Virus record (IMG/VR): IMGVR_UViG_3300027744_000008
Source: a virus
Taxonomy: Duplodnaviria; Heunggongvirae; Uroviricota; Caudoviricetes
Strand: one strand, 5' to 3'
Length of the DNA: 64,000 nucleotides
A program made the position numbers and the translations under genes. The notes beneath the pieces were generated by a model that had not been told where the DNA came from, did not search any database, and was given only the letters and a program-made list of their open reading frames with translations. Shown here piece by piece: positions 33,452 to 44,900 of this stretch (positions within the stretch are counted from its first letter, which is position 1; each line of letters opens with the position of its first letter).

Positions 33452-34480
33452 ATGACTAAACGTATCGGTTTTGCCTGCAAATGGATTGATAATCCAGATC
33501 AGGTCGGCGGCATCAAACCCAAAGATGATGCTAAAAAATATAATACTGGATCAACCACTGTATCTTGGTTAAATAGACAGAGCAAAGATGTGGCAGTTGA
33601 AAAACTGTGGAGCCTAGCCAAAGGTAATATTGAGTCCACTCGTTTGCTAGTTGAACGTGTGGGAGCACTCGATGAAAATCTTAGAATGGTACGACTCAGT
33701 AGCGATATCCTTCCTGTGTACACTGAGTCATCTTGGAGCTGGTTCTGGCGGCTTCCCGATGTACGGGAATATCTCGAAAGAGCATTTTGTGAAGTGGGAG
33801 ATGTGGCTCGTAAGAGCAATGTTCGCCTGTCTTTTCATCCTGGCCAGTTTACTGTCTTGGCAAGTGCTAGTGAAGGGATTGTAGAACGAAGCATAGAAGA
33901 ATTCGAATATCATGCAGACATGGCTAGATATATGGGCTACGGTAAGACGTTCCAAGATCTTAAAATCAACGTACACATTTCCGGACGGCAGGGTCCTGAA
34001 GGTATACGCAAGGCCTACTCCAGGCTCTCGCAAGAAGCACGTAATTGTATTACTATCGAGAACGAAGAAATTAGTTGGGGATTAGATGACTGTCTTAGTA
34101 TTAGTGATATTGTTCCTATTGTGCTTGATATCCATCACAACTGGATTCGTGAAGGTGAATATATCCTCCCAACTAATGACCGTGTTAAACGTGTTGTTGA
34201 TAGTTGGCGTGGGCTCCGTCCTACTATGCATTACAGTGTTAGCCGTGAAGATGTACTTGTCGGACATAGCACTAGTGATCGCCCAGAATTGGAGTCTCTG
34301 CTTGTAGAAGGCTACAAAAGACAAAAACTTAGGGCACATTCAGATTTCTATTGGAATACAACAGTTAACGAATGGGCACTAAGTTTTCTAAATACACACG
34401 ATATTATGTGTGAATCAAAGGGTAAAAATCTTGCTAGCCGTGCTCTTTACGAGCAGGCAAAGACATTAAACCTTCTTTGA
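33452..34480 (+). CDS. uvsE: UV-damage endonuclease (UvsE/UVDE)
   Basis: RIGFAC, MVRLSSDILP, VRLSFHPGQFTVLAS, INVH, ITIENEE, VLDIHH, MHYS, AHSD and DIMCESKGK. Confidence 0.92.
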   Translation: MTKRIGFACKWIDNPDQVGGIKPKDDAKKYNTGSTTVSWLNRQSKDVAVEKLWSLAKGNIESTRLLVERVGALDENLRMVRLSSDILPVYTESSWSWFWRLPDVREYLERAFCEVGDVARKSNVRLSFHPGQFTVLASASEGIVERSIEEFEYHADMARYMGYGKTFQDLKINVHISGRQGPEGIRKAYSRLSQEARNCITIENEEISWGLDDCLSISDIVPIVLDIHHNWIREGEYILPTNDRVKRVVDSWRGLRPTMHYSVSREDVLVGHSTSDRPELESLLVEGYKRQKLRAHSDFYWNTTVNEWALSFLNTHDIMCESKGKNLASRALYEQAKTLNLL

Positions 34481-34717
34481 TGCTGTAGTTTTTTTGGCTG
34501 CGGCTGTTTTAGCTGATACTTTTTTGGCTGCGGCTTTAACTTTAGTAACAACTTCTGTTACTTCAGTTACAACAGCTTCCTCTACCTTAACGGCTGCGGC
34601 CACTACATCTTTAACGTCAACATTGCCATCTTTGTTTATATCCAAAGTTGGTGACTTACGATTGAAATAGAGCACAACTGCTACAGCAACAATCACTAAT
34701 AGAATAATAATTTCCAT
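34466..34717 (-). CDS. small membrane-anchored protein with EF-hand-like loop and Lys/Ala-rich tail
   Basis: N-terminal TM (IIILLVIVAVAVVLYF), LDINKDGNVDVKD and an AAAKK-repeat tail. It has an AAGGAG SD and TATAAATA at 34743-36. Confidence 0.7.
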   Translation of the reverse strand: MEIIILLVIVAVAVVLYFNRKSPTLDINKDGNVDVKDVVAAAVKVEEAVVTEVTEVVTKVKAAAKKVSAKTAAAKKTTASKKV

Positions 34718-34757
34718 GTTTATCTCCTTGTAGGTTATTTATACGGTAAATATACGT

Positions 34758-35315
34758 ATGGCATACAATTTCATTCAAAAATTCATTGTTGAAGGTCGTA
34801 AAGACAAACTCATACAGTTAACATTGCCGTACGATCGCAACGATCTTGATCCTGTGAAATCTAAAGAAACCATAGATTATCACTACGGCACACTGTACAA
34901 AGCCTATGTTGATCGATATAATAAGGGCGAAGGTGATGACGATTTCAACGAAGCTGGTGCATTTTTACATAATATCTATTTTGGTCAACTACAAAAACCA
35001 GAGGGATCCAACAGACCCTATGATGCTATTTTACAGTTCATAGAAAAACATTTTGATACCTTTGATCGTTTCAAAGAAGAATTTGAAAAAACAGCCATGA
35101 AGATACAGGGCAGCGGGTGGGCATACCTAGCAGATGATGGCAAGATCAAAACCATTGTTAATCACGAAATTAGAAAAGATATTGTGTTATTAGTGGATTG
35201 GTGGGAACATGCTTGGGCTCTGGACTATCAAGCCGATAAAAAAAGATATCTAACCAACATATGGAAAATAATAGACTGGAGAATGATCAACGCTAGAGTT
35301 GGTCAAGTGTCTTAA
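34758..35315 (+). CDS. sod: Fe/Mn superoxide dismutase
   Basis: Metal ligands in DYHYG, LHNIYF and DWWEHAW; QGSGWAYL. Confidence 0.9.
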   Translation: MAYNFIQKFIVEGRKDKLIQLTLPYDRNDLDPVKSKETIDYHYGTLYKAYVDRYNKGEGDDDFNEAGAFLHNIYFGQLQKPEGSNRPYDAILQFIEKHFDTFDRFKEEFEKTAMKIQGSGWAYLADDGKIKTIVNHEIRKDIVLLVDWWEHAWALDYQADKKRYLTNIWKIIDWRMINARVGQVS

Positions 35316-35580
35316 GGCTACTCACTGGCATATCCCACACACGGCGTCTTTCGACGCCTTTCTCTTGAGCAAAACGTTTAGCATCACAGAGGTTGCAAAC
35401 GTGATAAAAATTATTACTAATCCTACTAGGACTCATTGATCCCTTGTCACGGCTGAACAACTCAGTACAACAGTCACACCTAAAGACTAACACGGTCTTT
35501 TTTCGTTGGTAACTATGTGAATGTCCGAGCTTACTAGAACGATAATGCGTAGTTGTGACGTATTCTTGTTTGATGAACAT
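35293..35580 (-). CDS. putative zinc-binding hypothetical protein
   Basis: CDCC and CNLC pairs; the ATG is 4 nt after TAAATA. Confidence 0.65.
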   Translation of the reverse strand: MFIKQEYVTTTHYRSSKLGHSHSYQRKKTVLVFRCDCCTELFSRDKGSMSPSRISNNFYHVCNLCDAKRFAQEKGVERRRVWDMPVSSLKTLDQL

Positions 35581-35641
35581 TAATTATTTACATTAAGATT
35601 ATAAAATGTTTATGATAAATATCATATAATAGGGGCTCCTC

Positions 35642-35965
35642 ATGATCAGTGTAACAGATTCTGCTATAGAAAAGATACGCGATATTCTATCAGAAGAAAA
35701 TAATCCTAAACTAAAACTTCGAATGTTTGTTCAGGGTGGCGGTTGTTCAGGATTTAGTTACGGATTTACCTTAGATGAAGACATAGCAGAAGATGACTAT
35801 GATGTAGAAGCCAATGGCATACATGTGTTAGTTGATGCTATGAGCCTACAATACCTAAACAATGCAACAGTTGACTACAAAGATGAATTAATGGGCAGTC
35901 AATTTGTAATAAGCAACCCAAACGCTAAAACTAGCTGTGGTTGCGGTTCTAGCTTCGGAGTTTAA
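35642..35965 (+). CDS. erpA: A-type Fe-S cluster carrier (ErpA/IscA/HesB)
   Basis: [21 protein letters not shown] and [14 protein letters not shown]. Confidence 0.9.
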   Translation: MISVTDSAIEKIRDILSEENNPKLKLRMFVQGGGCSGFSYGFTLDEDIAEDDYDVEANGIHVLVDAMSLQYLNNATVDYKDELMGSQFVISNPNAKTSCGCGSSFGV

Positions 35966-35972
35966 TAGAAAA

Positions 35973-38900
35973 ATGACAAAACAAACAGTTAATATTGGTG
36001 TACAGGGTAACGACGGTACTGGTGATAGTATCCGTGAATCATTCCGTAAAGTCAATGAAAACTTTACTGAGATTTATGCCGCTTTTGGTTTAGAAGGAAA
36101 AATACAGTTTAAAAAATTAGGCGATGTTGATCCTAGTTTATCTATTGCTGGTACGTTTGGCTCTGAAAGCATCCTTATTTCTAATACGGCTGGAAACTTA
36201 CTAACTGCTAAATCACTTAACGCAGGTTACGGTATTAGTATTGACATCGACAATACAGCAAAAACAGTAACTATTAGATCCAACCAATCTAAGTTGATCA
36301 ACGATACATATCCGACACTAGGTGCTCCATTAAATGCTGCTACAAATACCATCGGTAACTTAGCAGATCCGGACGAAACTGCCGTTGCAAACTTTAATAC
36401 AACACACAGTCAATATGGTTGGACTACTACTTTGGCCAAACTAGCAGTCAATAGAGGATATGTTGATGATAATTTTATTAAACTTGTTGACGGCCGTATT
36501 GTCGGACCTCTGCGTGTTCGAGACGAACCCATTGCCCCCGAAGCCGACGATGCTGATTATGACTCAACACTCAGCGGAAATTATCTAAAATCTGAAGCAA
36601 TACAACGTCAGGATGCTGTTTATCGCGGCGGCGATGTTATGCTTGGTGCTTTAACACTAGCTGATCATCCTGGCAGTCTAGCAGGAATCGGAAAACCTAA
36701 AGGTGACGACGACTTACAAGCCGCTACAAAATTCTACGTTGACAACGCAACAATGTACTCTCAAGTCAACTTATTTGTGTCAACAAACGGTGATGACGTA
36801 CAGACTCTAAGTCCTCTGGGGAAAGAAGGTCGAGCTTGGAATTATGCTTATAAAACTATCGGCGCTGCTGCGTTGGCTGCTGAGAACTTTATGAACTTAT
36901 CCAACACAGAGCCTGGTCCATATAAACAGCGAATTGGGTACACCACTGGTGTTGCAGATCAAGATTTAACCTTTAGTAAGGTCACAGGCTATGATTATAT
37001 TGGCGGAAATGTAGGTGATGCAGATTACGTAGATGCCTACACACTTCTAGTCCAAAACAAAGAATTTATTCAAACTGAAGTCGTTGCCTATATCAATAAC
37101 AAATATGTCAACAGTATCGATTTTGATGCTACCGTTTTTTCTCAAGCTATTGCAGATATTGTATCGGCTGCTGCTGATGACCTAGTATTAGACACTAACT
37201 ATCGATCTGCTGCCAAGGCTGCATCATTAGTAGGAATAAATCTAACAGACCAATTAACTACAACCATCGACGGCATCGACTATGCCTTGAGTATCATTCA
37301 GGGATACCAATATAACGAAATCAATAGAAAAGCAAAGATTGCACAGACACTAGATGCTATTGGTTGGGATATTTTATTTGCTAGTAATTACCAAAGTGTA
37401 CGCATGGGGCAGTCATATTTTTATGCTCCTGGCCAAACTACTACAAGTGGAGAATTTGAACAAACTGTAGGTGCTTTAGATTTTATTAGAGATACCCTAG
37501 TTGCTCTACCTAGTCTAGTTGGACAATCAACGGCGATTGTAAGAATGTCTGATAGTATTGATGTCATTAAAAATATTCTTTCTAACGGAGCATTGCAGGC
37601 AGCAAGTTTAGAAATGCCAGTATCCGGTGATTCGCTTTCAGGTTCAGCATCAGTTAGAGATTTGTTATTGGGTAACATTAGTTTTATTCAAGCAGAAGTT
37701 ATAGGTTACCTAGCTGTTGAATATTCAAGTTTGAGCTACAACAAGACCACTTATAAACGCAATATAAAATTAATGATAGAAGCTGTGGTCTATGACATTG
37801 TCTACGGTGGAAATAGTGCTAGTCGTTATGCAGGACAGCAATACTATAACGGCGCAACAGGAATCCTTCAGGCAAACGAAATAGTACCATTTAAGGATGC
37901 TATAGATTATATTGCTCTTATTGCCAAAGATATTGTACAAAATGATACTCCAGCCACTGTATATCAACAATCATTTAGACAGTATACAAATATATCGTTA
38001 ACAGGTGGTGCTGCCCGCACAACAGATATTGATAATAAATTTGCTGTCATTACAACAATTATTAACGATGGAGTTACACAAGGTGCAGTAACTCTTGTAA
38101 ATCCTACAGTAACTAGTGCTAGTCCAACATTATTAGATGCACAAACAGCCATCGATGATGACAGTGGTGATATACAAGATTTGACCATCACTTATATCAA
38201 CGATACATTCGCAGTGATAAATGATAATGCTGCTCAGTCTAGTATTCAGACGAGTTTTGGGATTGTTACTACTACGCTGACTTCAGGGTTAGCGGCATTA
38301 CCGGCTATCACTTACACTAGTCCTGTGAATCTAGCAGCTGGTTTTACCCATGCTAGGGTGTTATTATCAAACAATATCGAATTTATACAAGAAGAAATAG
38401 CAGGATGGATAACCGCTACTAATATAGATTTTTATATTGCCAACACCGCAGTTGATCTTAAGCGTGAACTAAAATATATTGTCGAAGCATTAATGTTTGA
38501 CATTACTTATGGTGGTAATAGCGCCATAGTAGCTGCTACTGATCAGTATATAGCTAATGAGTCTAGCCAATTTTCAACCAATGACCTTGAAATTATTATA
38601 GATGCATTTGATTACGCAAATGAATTATCTAAAAAGATTATAAAAAATCAACAACCCGACAGTCATTATGCCCAGGTAACTGCTGGTAGCTTTGAAATAG
38701 GTACAACCTACACTATTATCGACCTAGGCAGTACTACCAATGGCCAATGGAATACTGCTGCTGGAACTTCTACTACTGTTTATAGTGTAGGAAGTACATT
38801 TGTTGCTGCTGCCGTGGGAACAGGAACTGGTACAGTTAGCTATCAATATAAAAACGCTAGTCTTAGCCAAGGTGCAAGTGCAGAGACTAAAGTTAACACT

Positions 38901-41900
38901 CTATGGTCTGATCTAGCAGGTAAAGTTGGAGACACTGCGGCCATTTCTACTACTGGTCCTACGTATGCCGGGCAAGAGTTTGATACATCATTCCTTGATG
39001 CTCGAACACTGCTATTAACACAAAAATCCATCATTGGTGTTAATGCTGTAACTTATTTAGAAACTACCTATGCTGGCGGGTTCCAATATGCAGAAACTAC
39101 TTGCTTTAGAGACTTAGGATACCTAGTACAGGCTGCGGCATTTGATATATTATTTGACAGCAACTATCAAAGTATTAATGCTGGTAAGAGTTACTATAGA
39201 AATGCCAGTGCCAAGGCTGTTGCTATTGGTACACAGTATGAAGAAACACTGGATGCTATCAACTATGCAAAAACTGTGGCCTTGGCTGTTTTAAATCAAG
39301 AAAACATAGAAATATACCAAGATGCTGTTAATCAATATTTCAACGTAGCACTTGCTCCTTCGGAGACTGCTATAGCTACTATATCGTCTAATTGGACTAT
39401 TGTCACAGACATTATCCAATATGGTCTAGGTGCTAGTTCTGCTAGTTCACCAAATCTAGGTTCTGGTCTTGTTGAAATTAAATTTGACAACGGAGGCAAT
39501 GGATTCGTTGACCAAGGTTATCCGTTGAACAATGAACTTATTGCAGGCAAACTATTATTGGGTGCAAGCTCATTTGCCAACGCAACTGTTATCAGTTATA
39601 CTCCCGGAAGTGAAACTGGTGTTAATGAAACTGACACTATTATAGCAAGACTAAATCTACCAATTGATTTCATTGAAGCTGATGGCGGTGAAGAATTAGA
39701 GTTTGCCGAGAGTGTAAAAGATTTACAAATAACTATCTTTGTTGAGAGTGGTATTTACTACGAAGACTACCCAATTAGACTGGCGGAAAACGTATCAATT
39801 AAAGGTAACGATTTCCGCCGTACAATTATTCGTCCTAGAGATCGAGTGAGTCAAAGTGTATGGGCACGTATTTTCTTCTATCGCGATGCAGTCATGGATG
39901 GTATGCAAATTGGTTACTTAGATGAAGACACTGACTATGCTACTTCAGTATCGGCAACTATATCAGATGTTCTTGGTACCATCACTATTACATTAACTTC
40001 CGGCGTAGTACCCGGTGAATGGGTCGGTCGAGTATTTAAATCGGGCGTTGGTAAAGCTCAGATTGACAGTGTAGCCAACAACTATATGAATTGTACAGTG
40101 ATATATCCATTTGCTGCCGCTGGAGAAATTATCAGCGGCAGTTGGAGCGTATACGGTCCTAAGAATTACGGACGCCACTACTTAACAGATCCATTTGATA
40201 TTACAAGTACTCCTAAGAATAATAGAGATATCGACGTATTCTTATGTAACAATGCAACTCGCGTTAATAATTTATCAGGCCAGGGGCATGGCGGATTTAT
40301 GATGGTGCTTGATCCAGAAGGACAAATTCTAAGTAAATCACCGTACGGTCAAGTTTGCTCAAGTTTTTCTGGATCAATTAATAAACAACGATGGGCAGGT
40401 GGTCAATTTGTCGACGGTTTTGCAGGAAGACTAAAAGGTCAAATTACTGCACTAGATGATCTGCAGGTTGCATCGGGATCACTGCTAGACGGTTATCTAA
40501 ATGTCACTATAACAGGATATAAAAATTCAGGTTTAGATGTACGTGCTCCAAAAACTCCATGTTCGTTCTTCTGGAGAGGCATACGTTATCAAGTAAACAA
40601 TATATTAGACTACAACAGTACCACATATACGCTTCAGGTAGAACTAGATAAAAATACTCCGTACTTGGTCAGTACTCCTGTTACAACCACAGAAACTGGT
40701 AATGGCGGTGGTGGCACTCTAATTACGTTAACTTATCCTGTACAGGTAGGGTCTCCTTACGTCAAAGGAAGTAGTGTACAATTAACTGGCTATAGCCCAA
40801 TCGAGTATAACAGTTATTTTGTAGTTGACTCAAGTTCTCCTACACAAACAACACTGGTAAAATTTGCAGTTGGACAGGCAATACGTGTAGTTGGGACGTT
40901 ACTTGGTGACGCTACAGGAATTAGTGCAGGTACCTACTATATCATTGCAACTAATGGTTCTTCAACATTTACACTGTCAGCTTCTAATAGTGGAGCGGCT
41001 CTAACTACTTCAGGAACTACGGTCACTGGCTTAACCTTTAGTCTAAATATTGCAGGAACATTTGACACTATAAACAGCGTGGCAGTTACAGGTGTTGGCG
41101 GTCAATTTAGTTGTACAACAGAAATTCCAACAGCTGGTATAACAATACATGGCAGCATAAACGGTACTGGTTATAATCCAATTAATATTGAAATGGGTGG
41201 TAACCGAAGTATGCTGGCCAACGACTTTGCCATGATTAACGATCTTGGCTACGCTATTGTTGCAGGCAACGCCGGATTAACAGAACAAGTTTCAACATTT
41301 ACATACTACTGCTATACTCACTATTGGTCATTTAACGGCGGACAGATTCGTTCGGTTGCCGGGTCCAATGCTCACGGTGTATACGGTCTACGGGCCAGCG
41401 GATATGACGTAACAGAATTACCCGACCAAGTTGTAACTGCACAGAATCTTGTACAAGTCATGAAAATCTACAAGAAAAGATTAACTGTTAACAGCATGGA
41501 GTCTGGAGATCTTGAAGTATATGTTTCAAATTATGAATATGCTCCCCAAAATGTCAGTGAGCTAGAAATTGATCATACTAGTTCTGGTGGAACTATAACT
41601 CGATACGAAGTTAAAACAGTATCTGAATCTGGCTATACTACTGATCCAACATTTAATCAACCCGTATATGGAGTTCCGGTTAAAACTGGAACTGGTCCTT
41701 ATTATGTGACATACACCGTGCCTTTACAAACTCAAATAGCTGCCGCTGGTAGCTTTGTAATAGGAGTCACTTACACTATTGTTAGCGTGGGTACAACAGT
41801 CTTTACTACTGTAGGAGCAGCACCAGGAGATGGCGTTGGTGATACTTTTGTGGCAACGGGTACAGGTACTACGGCTACAACAGGTGGTACTGCTAGTTAT

Positions 41901-44900
41901 GTACGTGCTCCTGGCATTGGTGTGTTCTATAAAATTAGTGGTAACAGTAACGAAGAGTACAACAGTAATATTTTATGCACTGCCAGCACTACTACAAGCA
42001 TAACACTAGAATATCAAACAGATCCGGGAACTGTGGGGGTAACTGGTTTTGCACTATTAACCATAGCAAACTATTCGCCCAACGTTGCTAGAGCAACATT
42101 TGCCCTACAGGCGAGTGCTCCATACAATATCGGTGATACCATTTATATTTCTGGAGTAAGTACCGAAGCATGGAATAACTCCTATCTAGTAACAGACTGT
42201 GGCACCACCTATGTGCAATTTAGTTCAGGTGTGGCTACAACTGTTCCTACCAGTGGTTATGTGACTAGTACACTGCTAACTGGCCAAAAAGTTTTATCGT
42301 TGAATTTCAGTACTAGCGGTAATGATAACACCTCAACTGCTGGATTGGCTTATACTTTATTCCATGAGCAGACCGTGTCCGTGAGGGCATTACAGTATAT
42401 TAAATTTACAGGTATTGCCAATGTAAACCCAACTCGACCAAGTACTGCATTACAATTCAACGAAAAGTTGTCTGAAATCTATCGAGTTATATCCTATGGT
42501 CTAACAGATAGTACAGGCAATCAATTAGTTGATGGCACAGCAGTACTAACTACTGATACGTCATTTAACTACATTAAAGTATATACTGACTCCGCTAACA
42601 CAGTTGAGAGTGATCCCAATGATACTTATGAAGCTGTGATCACAGCCACCATTGATGACGGTGCTGGCAGTGCTGGTACTACTATGACAGTCTCAGCCAG
42701 AACTAGTGGCATTATAAGAATTGGTCAAATAATTTCAGGACCAGTTATTTCTATCGGTGACGCTGTTACATTTAGCGGGCTGTTGTCGGGCACTGGAAGT
42801 ATTGTAGGCTATACTAATCCATCAACATATTATGTCGCCAGTACTAATGGCTCAACTACATTTGTGTTATCAGACACATATCAACATGCGTTAGATAACA
42901 CTGACTTTATTACAACTACACCTGGCACTATCATTGCTGCTACTTCAATTGTAGTTACTACTACAGGTGGAAATGTAACTCTCAGTAATGTAGAAACTAC
43001 AGGTTCATCAGGGGAATTTGAATGTGATAACATTAACACTGTGGCAGCTGGATCAATAGTACTTGCACAAATATCTGGCACTAGCGGAGATGTTGGAACT
43101 TATACCGTAAGCATTAGTCAGCTGGTAAGTCCTGCTATAACTATCAGTTGCGGTCCAAAAACTCTAGGATCTAGTATTGGTGATACAAAAATTGCTATTA
43201 GTCCTATTACAGATCAAACTATAGCCGATCAGCTGTCAAAGGGAATTTACATAACCACACTAGGCGGAAGGGTTCACCGAGTAACAGGTTATACTATTAC
43301 TACTGGAACTGTTATTACCCTAACTGGTGCTAGTGGTACTGGAAGTATATGTACATTGACTTTTGCTGAACAAGCGGTGGCTCCGTTTATTGTGGGCGAC
43401 GTAATTGAAGTTGCCTATGCAAGGCCCACTGCGTATAATGGAACGTTTGTGGTCACAGACTGCACTACAACTTCGATTAGTTTCCCAGGTACAGCAACAG
43501 GAATATTAAGTTTACCAATTAGTGCAATCTTATACGGTTCTGGCCGTCCGGCATATATTAATATAGATCCAACTCCTGTAAAAGAAACAGCAGGAAATTA
43601 TGATGAAGGGTTTGCAATTACCAGTATTGCTCTTAAAACAGGTGCCGGACCTTACTACGTAAAATATAATATTCCGAGCCAAGATTGGCCTATTGAAGTC
43701 GACACATACTTTAAGATATCGGGAAATGCATCAACTGGGTATAATGGTAGTCATAACGTAACAGCCGGTGTTTCGTTGTCCACTGTCAGTGTTTCAGGCG
43801 ACGGCACAACGGTTACAATTACCTATGCACCACAATCGTCTGCACCTTTTGCGGTTGACTCTATTGTCACACTAAGTGGTGTAGTGAACTCAGCATATAA
43901 TAAGTCATACACTATTCTTACTTGTAATGCTACTACATTAACTGCTGCCAGCACTGTTACTGGTGCAGCCAGCGTCCAAGGCATACTCAGCCAACAGTCA
44001 GACTCTACTGTTAATACAGTGACCGTGGCCTATGTAGATGATCCAGGTACTTGGATTGATCCACAAAGCATTACTATTACCAGTTTTGCCAGTAAGTCTG
44101 CAGGCTTAGGTACTACTGAAAATGTAGTGTTTAACATTCCATATCAAGCAGTGATAACTGCTACAATTGATGACGGTGCTGGCCTTGCTGGTACTATTAT
44201 GACAGTCTCAGCCGTATCTAGTGGTGTACTAGCGCCGGGACAAACTATTGGTGGTGCAGGCGTTACCGCAGACACTACTATTGTTAATCAGCTAACTGGT
44301 ACTACTGGTAGCACTGGCACCTACACCGTAAGCATTAGCCAACTACTAACTCCAGCGGTGCTTGATAATGTCAATGCCAACACTATACCAACTGTGGGTA
44401 CTAGTGTGTATTACACAATCTATGGTAACAGTAATGTTGACTATAACGGATTAGTCAACGCCACTACTGCCACCATCAACACCATAACATTTAACTATCC
44501 AAGTGATCCTGGAATATATGGCGGTGGTACAACTAAGATAATATCAGGATCTTCAGTAATGCGTAGACCACATACTGGTATCGATAAACCGTTGTCCGCT
44601 GACACTAGTTACACCATGCGTATTGGTTATCCTAAGAATATTGGTGGTCAAGTTACAGTTAAAATTTCAACTACTCGTGCCACAGGACATGACTTCTTAG
44701 ATATAGGTACTGGCGGTTACAATACCACTAACTATCCAAATCAAATCTTTGGTAGTCCAACTATATCCAAAACTGGTATTGTAGGTGAAGTTAAGGAAGA
44801 TGGTGTTGGTCGTGTATTCCACGTAAGCACTGATCAAGACGGTATCTTCCGTGTAGGTCGATTCTTTACAGTTGACCAAGGTACTGGTACAGTTACATTC

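Noticed and set aside
34489-34535. Short direct repeat TTTTTTGGCTGCGGCT near the uvsE end
   Set aside because: Explained by the AAAKK codon repeats of the minus-strand microprotein; not a regulatory repeat.
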